Translations under genes and position numbers: made by a program | Shown: positions 39,014 through 53,565 of the stretch, piece by piece | Numbering within the stretch: the stretch's first letter is position 1 | Layout of the letters: every line of letters starts with the position of its first letter | From: Octopus vulgaris | Taxonomy: Eukaryota | DNA: 64,000 nt | Assembly (NCBI GenBank): GCA_951406725.2 | Contig: OX597815.1 | Location: forward strand, 10,230,001-10,294,000 | Direction: 5' to 3' | Notes under the pieces: generated by a model | What the model saw: the letters and a program-made list of their open reading frames with translations, nothing else | What the model was told of the DNA's origin: nothing | Databases searched by the model: none

Positions 39014-39250
39014 AAGACAATAAAAAAAACGTTGCCACATATTATATTACAGATAAATACGTATATATATGTATGTATATATATATATATATATATATAT
39101 TATTTAAAACAGTGATTTGGACCCATGCAAGTTTCGTAGACTCCTTATAGAAACCCAGCTCGTCGGGCTCAGTTAACCGAATGAAGAAAAGCAGGATGTC
39201 CAAGATGGCTACCGGAAACTGGACTACTATTGTGTGTGTTTGTTTGTGTG

Positions 39251-39318
<68 letters not shown>

Positions 39319-40658
39319 CACATCTTGGCGTATAAGGGCATTGGGCAAATATGGTATGAATCACAGCTAAGTGTCCCTAAAATAACTCTCTTCCGTCTTG
39401 AAAACAGGACACAATAGATAACGGTCGTGCTAGTAAACGCTAATGGAAGATCGAACGGCTGCAATGGGAATGACCCAAGTATAAGTAGAATAACAGAGTT
39501 CATTGGCTGAAAGGAATCGGGCCAGAACCCTGCTTTCTTCCCAGCAGATACCTGTTTTATCTCCACAGGCACTGAGATTCAGTTTTTTTAAGAATGAAGT
39601 CCTTCTCAGTTTTACCAGGGCTCCAAAAGTTGATGGACGTTTTCTTTTCGTTCCTTAACTAACTTAATACACAATATATATATATATATATATAAATGTA
39701 TAAAATGAATCCCTCACATAATATATTTTGTAATTATAAACAAGGAATTTTCTTCTGCACACATACTGTATTGTATGAGAGTACTGATTACGTTTGCAGG
39801 CGAGGATCATCTTAAAAATACATACAAGATGAAAGTATTGTGTAAAAGTGACTTATACTGCGTATTTGCTGCATTATCTGACAGTAATGAAGCTGTTTGT
39901 AGGCGAGAATTGTTTTAAAAACACATGCGAAATAAAAGCACTGCATATAACTGATTTCCGAACTGTTTAAGTGTTCACAGGGGGAAAAAAAAATAAAGGA
40001 AAAAAATAATCAATATTTCGTGTTAGGTTTACCGGTATAGATAAAGTGCTGTTGTGAAGGAAATCAAGTGTGTAACAGAGGGAATAACGATGCAAAGATG
40101 AAGGCAAACAGGAATGCGATAGAGAAGTAATGTGAGATTGTAATTAGAGAGAGAGAGCGAGAGAGAGCGAGAGAGAGAAAGAGTGAGGGCGGTAGTAAAT
40201 ATGTGAGGCATATAGTGATGCGCGTGCACATACGCGCACGTGCGTCTGATTTTACACTGTTAAGGAAATAAGGGAGACTGTATCTGTCTCTATATTTTAT
40301 TTCATTTTTATTTTATTTTATCTAGTTTCAGCTCACGAGCTGTGGCCATGCTGGGGCACCGCCATTTGGTGTTGCTTTTGATTCTACTTCACGAATGCTT
40401 TTTAGCATCTAGATACACTAGATTATCCTGTGTAGTTTTCTTATGAGGAGAATCTCAACAAGCCAAACCAATTTGTCATAATCCCCATAATAAAGCTGCT
40501 TATCATACCCTTCTTTCTGCAAAACCTCGTATTCTGGAATACACCAAACTGTGGCACCTGCCTACAGGTAAGTACCTACGGGTGCCTACTGGGCAGTTGA
40601 GGGCTAGGCGTCTTAGCCTTCAACACAGTACAGTGAACTAAGCCACGGAGCAATACCT

Positions 40659-40819
40659 ATTTCTTTATTACCCACAAGGGGCTAAACACAGAGGGGACAA
40701 ACAAGGACAGACACACGGATTAAGTCGATTATATCGACCCCAGTGCGTAACTGGTACTTATTTAATCGACCCCGAAAGGATGAAAGGCAAAGTCGACCTC
40801 GGCGGAATTTGAACTCAGA
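40659..40819 (-). mobile_element. Headless SINE family A unit
   Basis: TSD ACGGAGCAATACCT at 40645-40658 and 40820-40833. A further truncated copy lies at 36431-36540 (-). Confidence 0.85.
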
Positions 40820-41652
40820 ACGGAGCAATACCTGCTTACAGTTAGGAGGGGCCGGGCCATCATCACAATTACAATAGCAGCGACTAAAGCAGCAATGACT
40901 AAAGAGCCGCGACCCAACGGGGGTAGCCTGTACGTGGTCACTTGAATTGTTAGAAATAACAGTCAAAACCATACCACGCAGTCTTAACGAAAACCTCATT
41001 GAAACACAATTCCTGATGCACAAGACAGGAGTACTTTTGCTCATAGGTCTGCTAATCAAGTGTGACCTGCAAGAAAATAACAAAAGTCGAATTTTGCAGT
41101 TGCAGCAGCAGTAACCGCAAAGCCAGAACACATTGCAGCTTTCCTGCCCACGCTATTTATAGAATCGTGTTAGACCAATACGACGGCGCCCACACATCAG
41201 CGCTGAACACGTTAAGAACCGCTTCCCCTTGAGGATGCAGTTATGATTTTTCAGCTAAAAGTTAATAAAAGGCGCAGACTAGTCAGGTGGAGATAGGACA
41301 TTCTCGGACAATGTCATTTAGCCTTATCTTTGAGAGAATGCCAATGTGTATGACTGTGTGTGTGCACACGCATGCGTGTATCTGTGTGTCTGTGCAGATA
41401 TGTACGCTTGTGAGTATATATACGAGCATCTTATAAAGAAATATATATATATATGAGCATCTTTGAGCATTTGTCTCTCTCTCTCTTTTAGTGTGTGTTT
41501 GTGCGTATACATCACACACACACACACACACACACACATTTTATTGAAGCTGAAAAGACAACACAAGCTGTTACTTAGAGTTTTATCTTAACTGATTGTC
41601 AGACATTTTTATTCACGAATGCCACCGATCGTCAGACAGTCCGTGAATAAAA

Positions 41653-41689
41653 TTTTCTGACGATCGGTTAACGTGAAACTAAGTAACAG
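41653..41689 (+). ncRNA. Hammerhead motif in fold-back element 41540-41717
   Basis: CUGACGA-UCGGUUAACGU-GAAAC-UAA-GUA-ACAG; the matching CUGU-CUGACGA 5' half is also present inverted at 41624-41640. Confidence 0.5.
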
Positions 41690-41777
41690 CTTGTGATGTC
41701 TTTTCAGTTTCAATAAAGTTCCATTTTACTTTTGGTCTTCGAGTACTATTTTCTCTACCTTATTTTGCCTTTTTGTG

Positions 41778-41815
<38 letters not shown>

Positions 41816-41953
41816 TATATATATATATATAGATATAGATTCAGATGACTATGGCACTTAAGTTCAAGGCACCAGAATTTTGTATGGCATTATCCATATA
41901 AATCAAATGGGGTGATTATAATCAAAATAAGCAACAAGTATATCCAAGGTAGA

Positions 41954-41987
<34 letters not shown>

Positions 41988-42899
41988 ATATATATATATA
42001 TATATCATTATACGCACATACAAAGATACACGACTGTGACAATCTCAATAAATATCGAAATAGAATGCAGATGATTAGAATGGGAAAAGTAATTAAATTT
42101 TGCAAATAATTCATTAACCCCTTTGACTTATTTATTAATCTATTTGAAAACTCCATTCCACCCTGCTGCACTCCTCACCTGCCAGGTATGCTATAGAAGA
42201 ATGGCTTCATAGCATCTCCAACAATAACCACCTCTACTCACCTTGCGAGATATACCAGCCATATGCATATATGCGCATAGAATATGAATTCATATACGCA
42301 TAAGTAAAAATCGATGCAGTTTTACGCATGTATGTATGTCTATATGTGGGCATTGATGCTGTGTATAGCTTTACAAGAATTGCATATCAATACCGTAAAT
42401 GCTATTATAGTTTCCGCTATTTCTCCAAATCAAATAATGAACAACGGTTCATTTCAGGGTTTCCGCTGTCATTATCGTAATAGATACTATAGTAGCCGGA
42501 ATTAACTCGTCTACAGCATATTCCCTATATCGAAATATCCGATTTGCCATCATTAATCTTTAATATCTCTGTAATGTTGTCTTCACTCTTTACCATTTGT
42601 AACCCTTCACAAATCATCTCAATTCGCATAGAGTAACAGACGTTAGATGTCGCTTGATGTAAAACGTACAATATAATATAAATACGATGTAAATGATATA
42701 AATGAGTTCTGAATGATGTACCGCCGTATCATATTCATCTGTTTGCAAAAATGATGCAACATTTACTAACTATCATCAATTAGTTAAAAAAACCATTGGA
42801 TAAACTTCACAAATCAGTATTGAAATGTTGATATACCACCATCTTGACATGCAATGCAGATATATTAACACTGAGATAAATGTCGCTATATCAGCAGTG

Positions 42900-42996
<97 letters not shown>

Positions 42997-43136
42997 CATA
43001 GATAATTTAACTTCTTTGATATAGCATATAGCTATGTCACGTGTATGATATTATACATAGGTATAACACAAGAGCGATATGGTGTGTGGATTATTTAACA
43101 CCACAATAACAAGTTATCACCTGTGTGCTATCATAA

Positions 43137-43204
<68 letters not shown>

Positions 43205-44451
43205 TTATTTATTACCACTATGCGATATAATCTGAAGAAGCGTTGCCAATGGGTTAGGCTGTTGGAGTTACGATTATAATGTGGTAGGTTCGATTCCTAA
43301 CTGGGCAGCACTTTGTGTCCTTGAACGAGATGCTTCATCTCATTTTGTTCCAGTCAACTCAACTAAAAAATGAATATCAGCTGAGTGATAATGCAGCCTT
43401 CTATCCCTCCAGCTGTTACATCCTGGATGTCCCGCTGCGGGAGGACCGAGAAGGTGTCTATGTCTTGCTCGCCGCGATTGCATAGATACATAAGTGAAGA
43501 CATACTATATGCTTATAAATGATCTTCGATTCTGGGTGACGGCTGTAGTATTGTGTGGTACCACATGTTAAAACTAACCACTGGTTCACGTAGAACGACA
43601 TCATTCTCGAGTCATTTTGTTTGAGAGAAAAATGAAAACTTCTGGTTTGTTTGAAAGTTCTTTTCCATCTCTTACCACAACCACAACCGACTTAACAACC
43701 ACCACTACTACTACAACAACCACAACAAACACCACCATTAATACTTTCGCTACTACTTCAAACATTATCACCACCAAAACCACCACCACCACCAATAACC
43801 ACCACATTTACAATTAACATCTCTACCATCACTACAGTAGCTACCATTAGAACAACTATCACCCCCACTGTACTATCACAACCACACTCACCACCACCAC
43901 TACCACCGCTGCAACTATCAGCATTTAAAGGTCATATAATGTAGGATGATGAGAAGAAGGCGAAAATTTGGAAGTGGAACTGATGTTAAGGAGGTGAAGG
44001 TCAGCTTTCTACCCCAGGCCATTGGTTGGCACAATGGTCTCAATCGCTCTCAAGCAAAACACGAACTGACACTTGTGTTCTGTTTACAGTTCTGCAGTTG
44101 CTATTGCATCCAATAGTTGCAGTTATAAGTTGCAACAGAGGCTTTGCAAAGAAGTAGTAGTGGAAAGCGACTGTGTGTCAGGTGTGCAAGTGAAGAGGGG
44201 TGGCGTAATCCAAGAGCCGGGTATGAGTTGCAAGTTAGCGATAGTGGAATCAATACTTGAAGGATGCGTAGAAGACTATGCAACCACCACAACCACCAAC
44301 ACCACCACTAACAACAACAGCCCAATGTTAATAGGTCAATTACACAAGTATCTCTGTTATTTGTTGAGAAACCTGTTGACCTGACGGAAATTACATTTTC
44401 CCAAGCCACTGACCGAGGCCGTTATCTAAAGACATGCATCTTGCAGTGTGT

Positions 44452-44507
<56 letters not shown>

Positions 44508-45098
44508 ATGTGTGTCTGTGTCTGTGTGTATCTGTGTCTGTGTCTGTGTTGGGGAATGAGAAAAACAAAGGTGAAGAGCTGACATTCATGAATTTCCAAA
44601 GGGCATTAAACCACATGAAGCGAAATTGCATGGAAGAGAAAATCTGAATCGAGTCACGTGCTAGGTTCATAGTAAGTGACATCTATATACACAAGGGGGG
44701 TCTAAATACTTTCTTTGCTATATACATAGGGTATATATACCCTGTGTAAAATGAACCGAGATAAAGACATATACAGTGCCAATTTATACACATCTGATAA
44801 CCAGAATTAATCTGTTTTGCTCTCATGAATCGATGAGCACAATTACCAAACGTAGACAATGGAAAGTTTTAAATGCGTTTGCATATAATATAATGTAATA
44901 TAATATAATATAATATAATATAATATAATATAATATAATATAATATAATATAATATAATATAATATAATCTATTTATCTCTTTATTTATGCATAATTTAA
45001 TTAACAATGTGATATTTCGTCGGATCTTGGGTTATCCAGACTGTCAGACTCCACACCAGTCTATTGACACACACACATACATTTGTGTTTGTGAGGTG

Positions 45099-45195
<97 letters not shown>

Positions 45196-45236
45196 TATAT
45201 ATACTTTATTTAAAGCAGCAGAAAATTCAACAAAAC

Positions 45237-45274
45237 CTCTTACTCTGAGTTTCCCGTTGCCGTTCATCGGACAG
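45237..45274 (-). ncRNA. Hammerhead motif in fold-back element 45204-45379
   Basis: CUGU-CCGAUGA-A-CG-GCAA-CG-G-GAAAC-UCAGA-GUA-AGAG; the other arm reads GUA-ACAG, completing stem I. Confidence 0.55.
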
Positions 45275-46539
45275 TTTTTGCTAGAATGGAACCGATATGT
45301 CAATTCTAGAATTGACATAACGGCAATGGGAAACTCAGAGTAACAGGTTTTGTTGAATTTTCTGCTGCTTTAAATAAAGCATATTACTCTACCACTGGTA
45401 TTTGAGTACTATTTTTTCCACCTTGTTTAACATTTATGTGTTTACTCCGGTATATATATAATGCATATATAAATAAACGAAAACACACATATCCACGTTT
45501 GTACTTTTGGTGGGATAAGATTTCAATCGATTGGACCATCCGACTTTATTTATTCACTCTTGGCAGGCATAAAATTCCGAGCGGTCCCTTTACTGTAAAT
45601 ATAGAGTGTTGACACTGCGAGGGTCATTCAGGGTCACACAGTGTCATACAGTTGCAAGAGAAGAATGTAGCCGATCTTACTGACCCAAATACTTTAGTGG
45701 TATTCATACTATAGACTTGGGAGGTATGGATGATGATAATAATAACTATTATGTTGTTCCTTATTTAACGAACCAGGCCTAAACGTTTTTGAGAGTGGCA
45801 CCGCAATAATTTAGTTGCTTGAGTATGATTAAAAAGCATGCAGATAAATACGTAATTAAAATCCTTACTCTTAAAAATGTGTTCAACATAGAGAACAAAC
45901 ACATATATATTATGTATAGAAATGTCTGTACACCAAGAAACGCAAAACTGATGTTAAAACACTGCACATACCCAAGGCCAATTCAACTGTTTTAGGTTGT
46001 GCAATGAAAGTTCACAATCGAAACAAAAGTATGGAATAAAAATAATATTTCTTTTGAATTTTGGTTTAAGACTAGACATTTTTAGGGGAGGCATCAGCCG
46101 GCTACATCCACCTCATTGCTCAGCTGCTTCTTATTTTATCGATTCCGAAAAATGAAAAGTAATTTTGGCCTCGGTGAGATTTGAACTCAGAACGTAAAGA
46201 ACCAGAAGACATGCGGTTAAACATTTTGTTTGATGCCCAAAGTGTTCTGCTGGCGTCACTGTGTGTGTGTGTGAGTGTATCTCTGTGTGTGGATGGAGAG
46301 GGGCATTAGAAAGACGGGTTACATTTTGTGTGAAGTTTCACATAAAATTTAGTGAGGAAACATAACAGGCGGAGAAATGATACAAAATTATACAGTGTGC
46401 AAAATATGTGATTACATGGATAGTACAGCTTTCCAGATACTGGCGAGCCTTTTTCTAGGGATAATCAAGGAATTCTACAGGTCTAAGGTCATCCTGGTCA
46501 CCAAAAGCACGAGACTTCATCCAATTGTTTTTCAACGTA

Positions 46540-46815
46540 AAGGCGCGTGCTTAGAATAGTTCCACCCACCGTAACCAGTTTCGCTACAGTCACCGACATT
46601 TTGACAAATTCCCTAGAGAAGAGTACATTCTTCTCCACCCTCACATCCTTTTCCAAGTTGAACTTGAAAACCACGCTGAGGGCTTGACCGAAAACGAAAG
46701 TTCTTGCCTTAAATCCTTCCAGTCTTGTGCACCATATAACCGCTTTCATCAAAGCTACCAGGTAGTGGAAAACTACCAGCCAAGTCTTATTAAAGGAGGG
46801 CTGTGGGGGCATTCT
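46540..46815 (-). mobile_element. Diverged Tx1-like LINE ORF2 C-terminal fragment
   Basis: PPQPSFNK...LVALMKAVIWCTRLEG...GQALSVVFKFNLEKDVRVEKNVL aligns by eye with the C-terminus of the 1648-3338 element (PPSFKR...LVAMAKECIWWTRLK...GQPLTNFFKYHLKRKVRAERQVL). Confidence 0.8.
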
Positions 46816-48965
46816 TTACGATGGACTTGACGGATAGTCATGATGACAATGGCTCCAAATTTTGGCGCTAGGCCAGAAACTTTTGGTGTTAGTCAATACC
46901 ATCGGCCCCAGTACTCGATTGGTATTTATTGACCCCGGAAAATTTGAACTAAGAATGTAATGTGTCGGAAGAAATACTGCTAGGGATTTCTGCCAATCCA
47001 ACACTCCTATAAATCGTTTCTGACAAAAGTACAAGGATAGAAATTTTGTGGGAGGCCTATTGCATTGATAAAGCTTCAGTACCCAACTGGTACTTATCAT
47101 ATTCCCCCACGAGGGATGCAAAACAAAGTCGACCTTAGTGGGATTCGAACTAAGAACGTAAAGAGCTGGAACAAATGCCACATAACATTTTATCCAGTAC
47201 CCTAAGAAATAATAGTGTAGGATATGATTTGCCTATTTAGTTAAATATTTTCCTAGTTTGATCTCGATTGGAGTCGATCTCAAAATATTGGCGGAATTAA
47301 ATCTACCCCTAAAAGAGTTGTGAACGACTTCAATGAATTTAGATGTTTTTGATTAGCTCCAGGTCAACACTGATGAAGCAAACAAGATTAGGGTATTGCC
47401 TGTCGTGACTCCCTATTTTATTATAAGGCATACGGTAACGAAAACTACATTATTTAATGTCTCCTATGAAAAAAAGGGACATGTTTATAAAAAAAGGGAT
47501 ATAGAGAATTTTGGCTGTTAGATCTAAAAGGTAGAGCAATCTTGGGGAGGGTTACCTCGATGTCATAGTTCTGAGTGTGGGTCACAGAGAGAGCGGCATA
47601 TAAAGTTACAATGTTGCAAGATAATACTCTAACTAGTTTGTCTCTCAGTTGTAGTAGAAAAGGGTGTTAAGGGTCAACGAAAAGATGCGGTGTTTTCCGC
47701 GTAAATTTCGAATTTCACGACCTGGCAACGTTTGGGAGAAATGGCAGAAATGCTGCAAAAAAAAAAAAGCAACAAGACGTTGTAACAATCATCCAGTTCT
47801 CTAGAACTGTAAACGTAACGTGAATGAGAACCCTACAGGGAAGAATGCATCAACTGTGCATCAACTGAAACTGTGTCTTTAAAATGTCACACCTGAAGAT
47901 GCTTGCAAATGAACAGCATGAAAGGCAATGATAAACATAAGTGAAAATGAGGTTAAGCAATAGCAGTGATACACATATAAACAAATGTTGGTTTTAAATA
48001 TTCGGCACAAGTCCAGCAATTTCAGAGGTGGGGATAAGTCGATTACATCGACCCCCAATACTCAACTGGTACTAATTTTCATCGACTCCGAAAAGCTAAA
48101 AGGAAAAAAATGCCGATTCTTGCGGCATTTGAACACAGAATGTGAAGTAGTAAGAAATGCCTCCGAGCATGCATTTTTTTTTCCGGCGGGCTTACGACTC
48201 TGAAAGCTCGCAGCCGACATATAAACAAATATGGAATAAAGTTTGTTATAATACTTACGATTTGTGGTGTTTGTATTTTCCCCATTTTTTTGTCTTCTTC
48301 GCTCTTAGTAGTTCTCGATTATAAATTAGTATTGATTTCAAATAGAAAATTTTTGATGCTTCTGTTGTTATAAAGAACAGTTACATTTGTATAGGAATAT
48401 ACATATAAATATATATATATATATGTGTGTATATAATTGTGTGCGTATATCAATGAATTTCTCAATATATATATATATCTATATATATATATGTTTATAT
48501 ATATGAATAAATATATAGGTTCTTATGCATGAACAGCTGTTAGCTTTTGGTGATATGTTCTGTGGCTCGGCACAATGTGAAAAAGCAAGCAGCAAGCTTG
48601 ATGTTTAGTTAAGATGTGATTACAGCAACAGTACTGTTCCGTTGAATGGCAAATGGTTCTTTCAGTCGTTGCTGTCATCGCAGCTCATCTTATAGACTAA
48701 GTGACGTCACCATTCACCACTTGTGCGCATGGGCAGCCAGCTCTCTTGCGGAATAAGTCTGTTGGTCATGTGCGTGTGTGTGTATGTGTGTGTGTGCGTG
48801 AGTGCTGATTAGCCATTTTCTTGATGTGTGTGTGTGTGTGTGTATATATGCATACAAAAAAAAAAACATACATGCATACACTCACACACGTATGTATGTA
48901 TATTAGTAACTGTGAATTAGTTTTCACTTGGTAAGTAAAAAATATAGGCTTATAAGCCTAGTTAC

Positions 48966-49008
<43 letters not shown>

Positions 49009-49314
49009 TTACACGCATACATATTGATTGCAAGCTTGGGGGTGTATATGTGACTGTGCATGAATTGGCAGAGTAATTAGAGCATCGACCAAAGAGCCGT
49101 GAGTTCGAATTCGACAGGGAGAACTTTACTTTTTACTCTTTTGGGACGAAAAATAAAGTCCCAACGAAGTATCTTTCTTTCGAATAAAGACCCCTTTTCG
49201 CCAGGTCTGCTGAGGGAGGGCTCGGCTAGATTTTTTTAAAGGCCCAAGATACACCGCATACTCACTACGCCCTTATCATGAACGGAGGGCCTAAAATAAG
49301 GCTATATATATATT

Positions 49315-49316
49315 TG

Positions 49317-49367
<51 letters not shown>

Positions 49368-49820
49368 ATATGAAGGTGTATGTATTGGAATATATGTACA
49401 TGCAAACGAATGAGTGTTTGCATGGTCCTTTCTATGTATGTATGTATGTATGTATGTATGTATGTATGTATGTATGTATGTATGTATGTATGTATGTATG
49501 TATGCATGTATGTATGTATGTATGTATGTATGTATGTATGTATGTATGTATGTGTGTGTGTATGTATGTGTGTATGTATGTATGTATGTATGTATGTATG
49601 TATGTGTGTATGTATGTATGTGTGTGTATGTATGTATGTATGTATGTATGTATGTATGTATGTATGTATGTATGTATGTGTGCATGTATGTATGTGTGTA
49701 TGTATGTATGTATGTATGAATGTATGTATGTATGTATGTATGTATGTATGCATGTATGTATGAGTGTGTGACACTATGTGTGTGTGTATATATGTATATA
49801 AATATATATTTATATACATG

Positions 49821-49851
<31 letters not shown>

Positions 49852-50572
49852 GTGTATGTGTGTATGTATGTATATGTATGTATGTATGTATGTATGCATG
49901 TATGTATGTGTGTATGTATACACCATGCCTTAATGTGTATGTATGTATGTATGTGTGTGTATGCGTGTTTGTGTGTGTGTGTGTTCGTGTGGTAATGTTG
50001 TACAGGGATGTTATGTGGGAGCGTTTTATGTGCGTGTGCGCGCGCGCGCGTGTGTGTGCGTGAGTGCACGTGTGTATGTGTGTGCATGTGCGTGTGTGTG
50101 TATATGCGTGTGTGCATGTGTGTGTGTGCGTATGTGTGTGTTTGTGCGTGTGTGTATGTATTTGTGTGTATGTATTTGTGTTTGTGTGTTTGTGCGTGTG
50201 TGTATGTATGTGTGTGTATGCGTATGTGTGTGTGTGTGCGTGAGTGCACGTGTGTATGTGTGTGTATCTATGCGTGTGTACATGTGTGTGTGTGTATGTG
50301 TGTGTTTGTGCGTGTGTGTATGTATTTGTGTGTATGTGTGTGTGTATTTGTGTGTTTGTGCGTGTGTGCGTGTGTGCATGTGTGTGTGTGTGTGTGTGTT
50401 TGTGCGTGTGTGTATAGTACTGTAACAAAGCAATGCACTATGTGTGTGTGTATGTGTGTGTGTAAATGTGTGTATTTGTGCGTAGTGTGTATGTATGTGC
50501 CCTTATGACGTGTGTGTGTATGTGTGTGTGTGTGCGTGTGTGTGTGCATGTGTGTGTTTGTGCGTGTGTGTC
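49315..50572. repeat. Compound (TG)n/(TATG)n tract
   Basis: Direct reading. Confidence 0.97.
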
Positions 50573-50669
50573 TGTAGGGCCGTCCCAAGGGCATTGTAGC
50601 TACTCTAACGAAGCAATGCACTAGGGCCCTTCATAAATGTCTGCAACGTACATAGATGCATATAGAAAG

Positions 50670-50715
<46 letters not shown>

Positions 50716-51232
50716 CATATGTTATATGAACAGGATGTACGTTTTTGGGTTGCATGTGTGTGTGTGTTTGTTTATATTACATTGTGTTTGTGGAGACTGT
50801 GTGTGTTGAAATATGTATCATATCACATATCTGTGTAAGGCGGTGAGCTGTCAGTTCCGTTACCACGCCGGACAAACTGTTTAGCGACAGTTCTTCCGAC
50901 TTTACTTTCAGAGTTCAAATGCTGCGAGGGGTGGGGGTAGACTATGCATCGCATCCTTTCGGGGTCAATAAAATAAGTACCAGTTGAGAACTGGGGGTCG
51001 ATGTAATCAATGTATTTCCCCCACCCCCGCCAAACTTGTTGGGCATGAGCCAAAATTTGAGACCAATATTAAGTATTTGTGGAATGCTTAGTGACATGGC
51101 ATCAGTCCTTACGTTCTGAGATCAGATTCCGTCGAGGTCTACTTTCACTTTCATCCTTCGGGATCGATAAAATAAGTACCAGTTCATCAGTGGGGGCGGG
51201 ATGGGGGTCGATGTAATCGACTTAACCCCTTC

Positions 51233-51309
<77 letters not shown>

Positions 51310-51430
51310 CATATATAACGGGAAGCTTTATGAAAATAGACAAAAGACGAAGGCAGGTGGAAAACAAACGAACAATTGTATTAGTATGGCGCTCAGGAAA
51401 TATAAATAAAATATATATATACATGAAGTC

Positions 51431-51978
<548 letters not shown>

Positions 51979-52345
51979 TCAATGATGAGATCACCGGTTC
52001 GATCCCATGTCACTGCATCTAAGCTGAGTGTCATGTTCCACAGTTTCGGATCGAATCACGCAGTGTGAGGTTAAACGGGTGGAAGGAAACTGTTGATACC
52101 CGTTGGGTGGTTTGTACAAGCAGTTCAAACAAGGTGTGCAAGCCTCGTCAAACGAGTCACGTGGATTCCAGCCGAGAATTACATTAAGGGTACACGTGTC
52201 TATGGAATTCCCTTACGCCAAGGCTACACGTGTCTGTTGAGTACCCGGATCATATACGGCAGTTTAATGAGTCAAGATCCACGGAGTTCCATGGATAAAC
52301 AGCCGAAAACGCATGTAAGAGAATTCCAATCGCGATCTGCTTGAC

Positions 52346-52424
<79 letters not shown>

Positions 52425-52425
52425 C

Positions 52426-52476
<51 letters not shown>

Positions 52477-52477
52477 C

Positions 52478-52759
<282 letters not shown>

Positions 52760-52764
52760 CATCC

Positions 52765-52898
<134 letters not shown>

Positions 52899-52964
52899 CA
52901 TCTGCGGATACATACATACATACATACATACATACATACATACATACATACATACATACATACA

Positions 52965-52995
<31 letters not shown>

Positions 52996-53014
52996 GTGTG
53001 CGTGTGTATATATA

Positions 53015-53050
<36 letters not shown>

Positions 53051-53211
53051 TATACATACAGACATACGTATAATACATATATGTCAAATTTATATATATA
53101 GATTACATATATGCATACGTACATATATACAAACATACGCGCATACACAGATACATACATGCATATCCATACATATATATATACAATATATATATATATA
53201 TACCAATTAAG

Positions 53212-53388
53212 GATGAACACGAAAAGTGGACAGTCAACATGTAGTTAGACGTAAATGCCATTCACCACAAAGATTATGTTCTCAGATCAAACTCAACACA
53301 ACTTGTGTTGAGTTTGATCTGAGAACATAATCTTTTGTGGTGAAGCATTGACTATTAGCATGTTGACTGTCCACTTTTCGTGTTCATC
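53212..53388. repeat. Near-perfect 177-bp fold-back palindrome
   Basis: GATGAACACGAAAAGTGGACAGTCAACATG...CATGTTGACTGTCCACTTTTCGTGTTCATC outer arms; about 40-bp inner arms centred on 53302. Confidence 0.9.
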
Positions 53389-53478
53389 TATGTATATATA
53401 AATATTTTAATCTTCGGATTCTTTTTTAATATGCTAGACCACTGGTCTTAATTGATAAATATCAATTTCTACCCTTAA

Positions 53479-53565
<87 letters not shown>

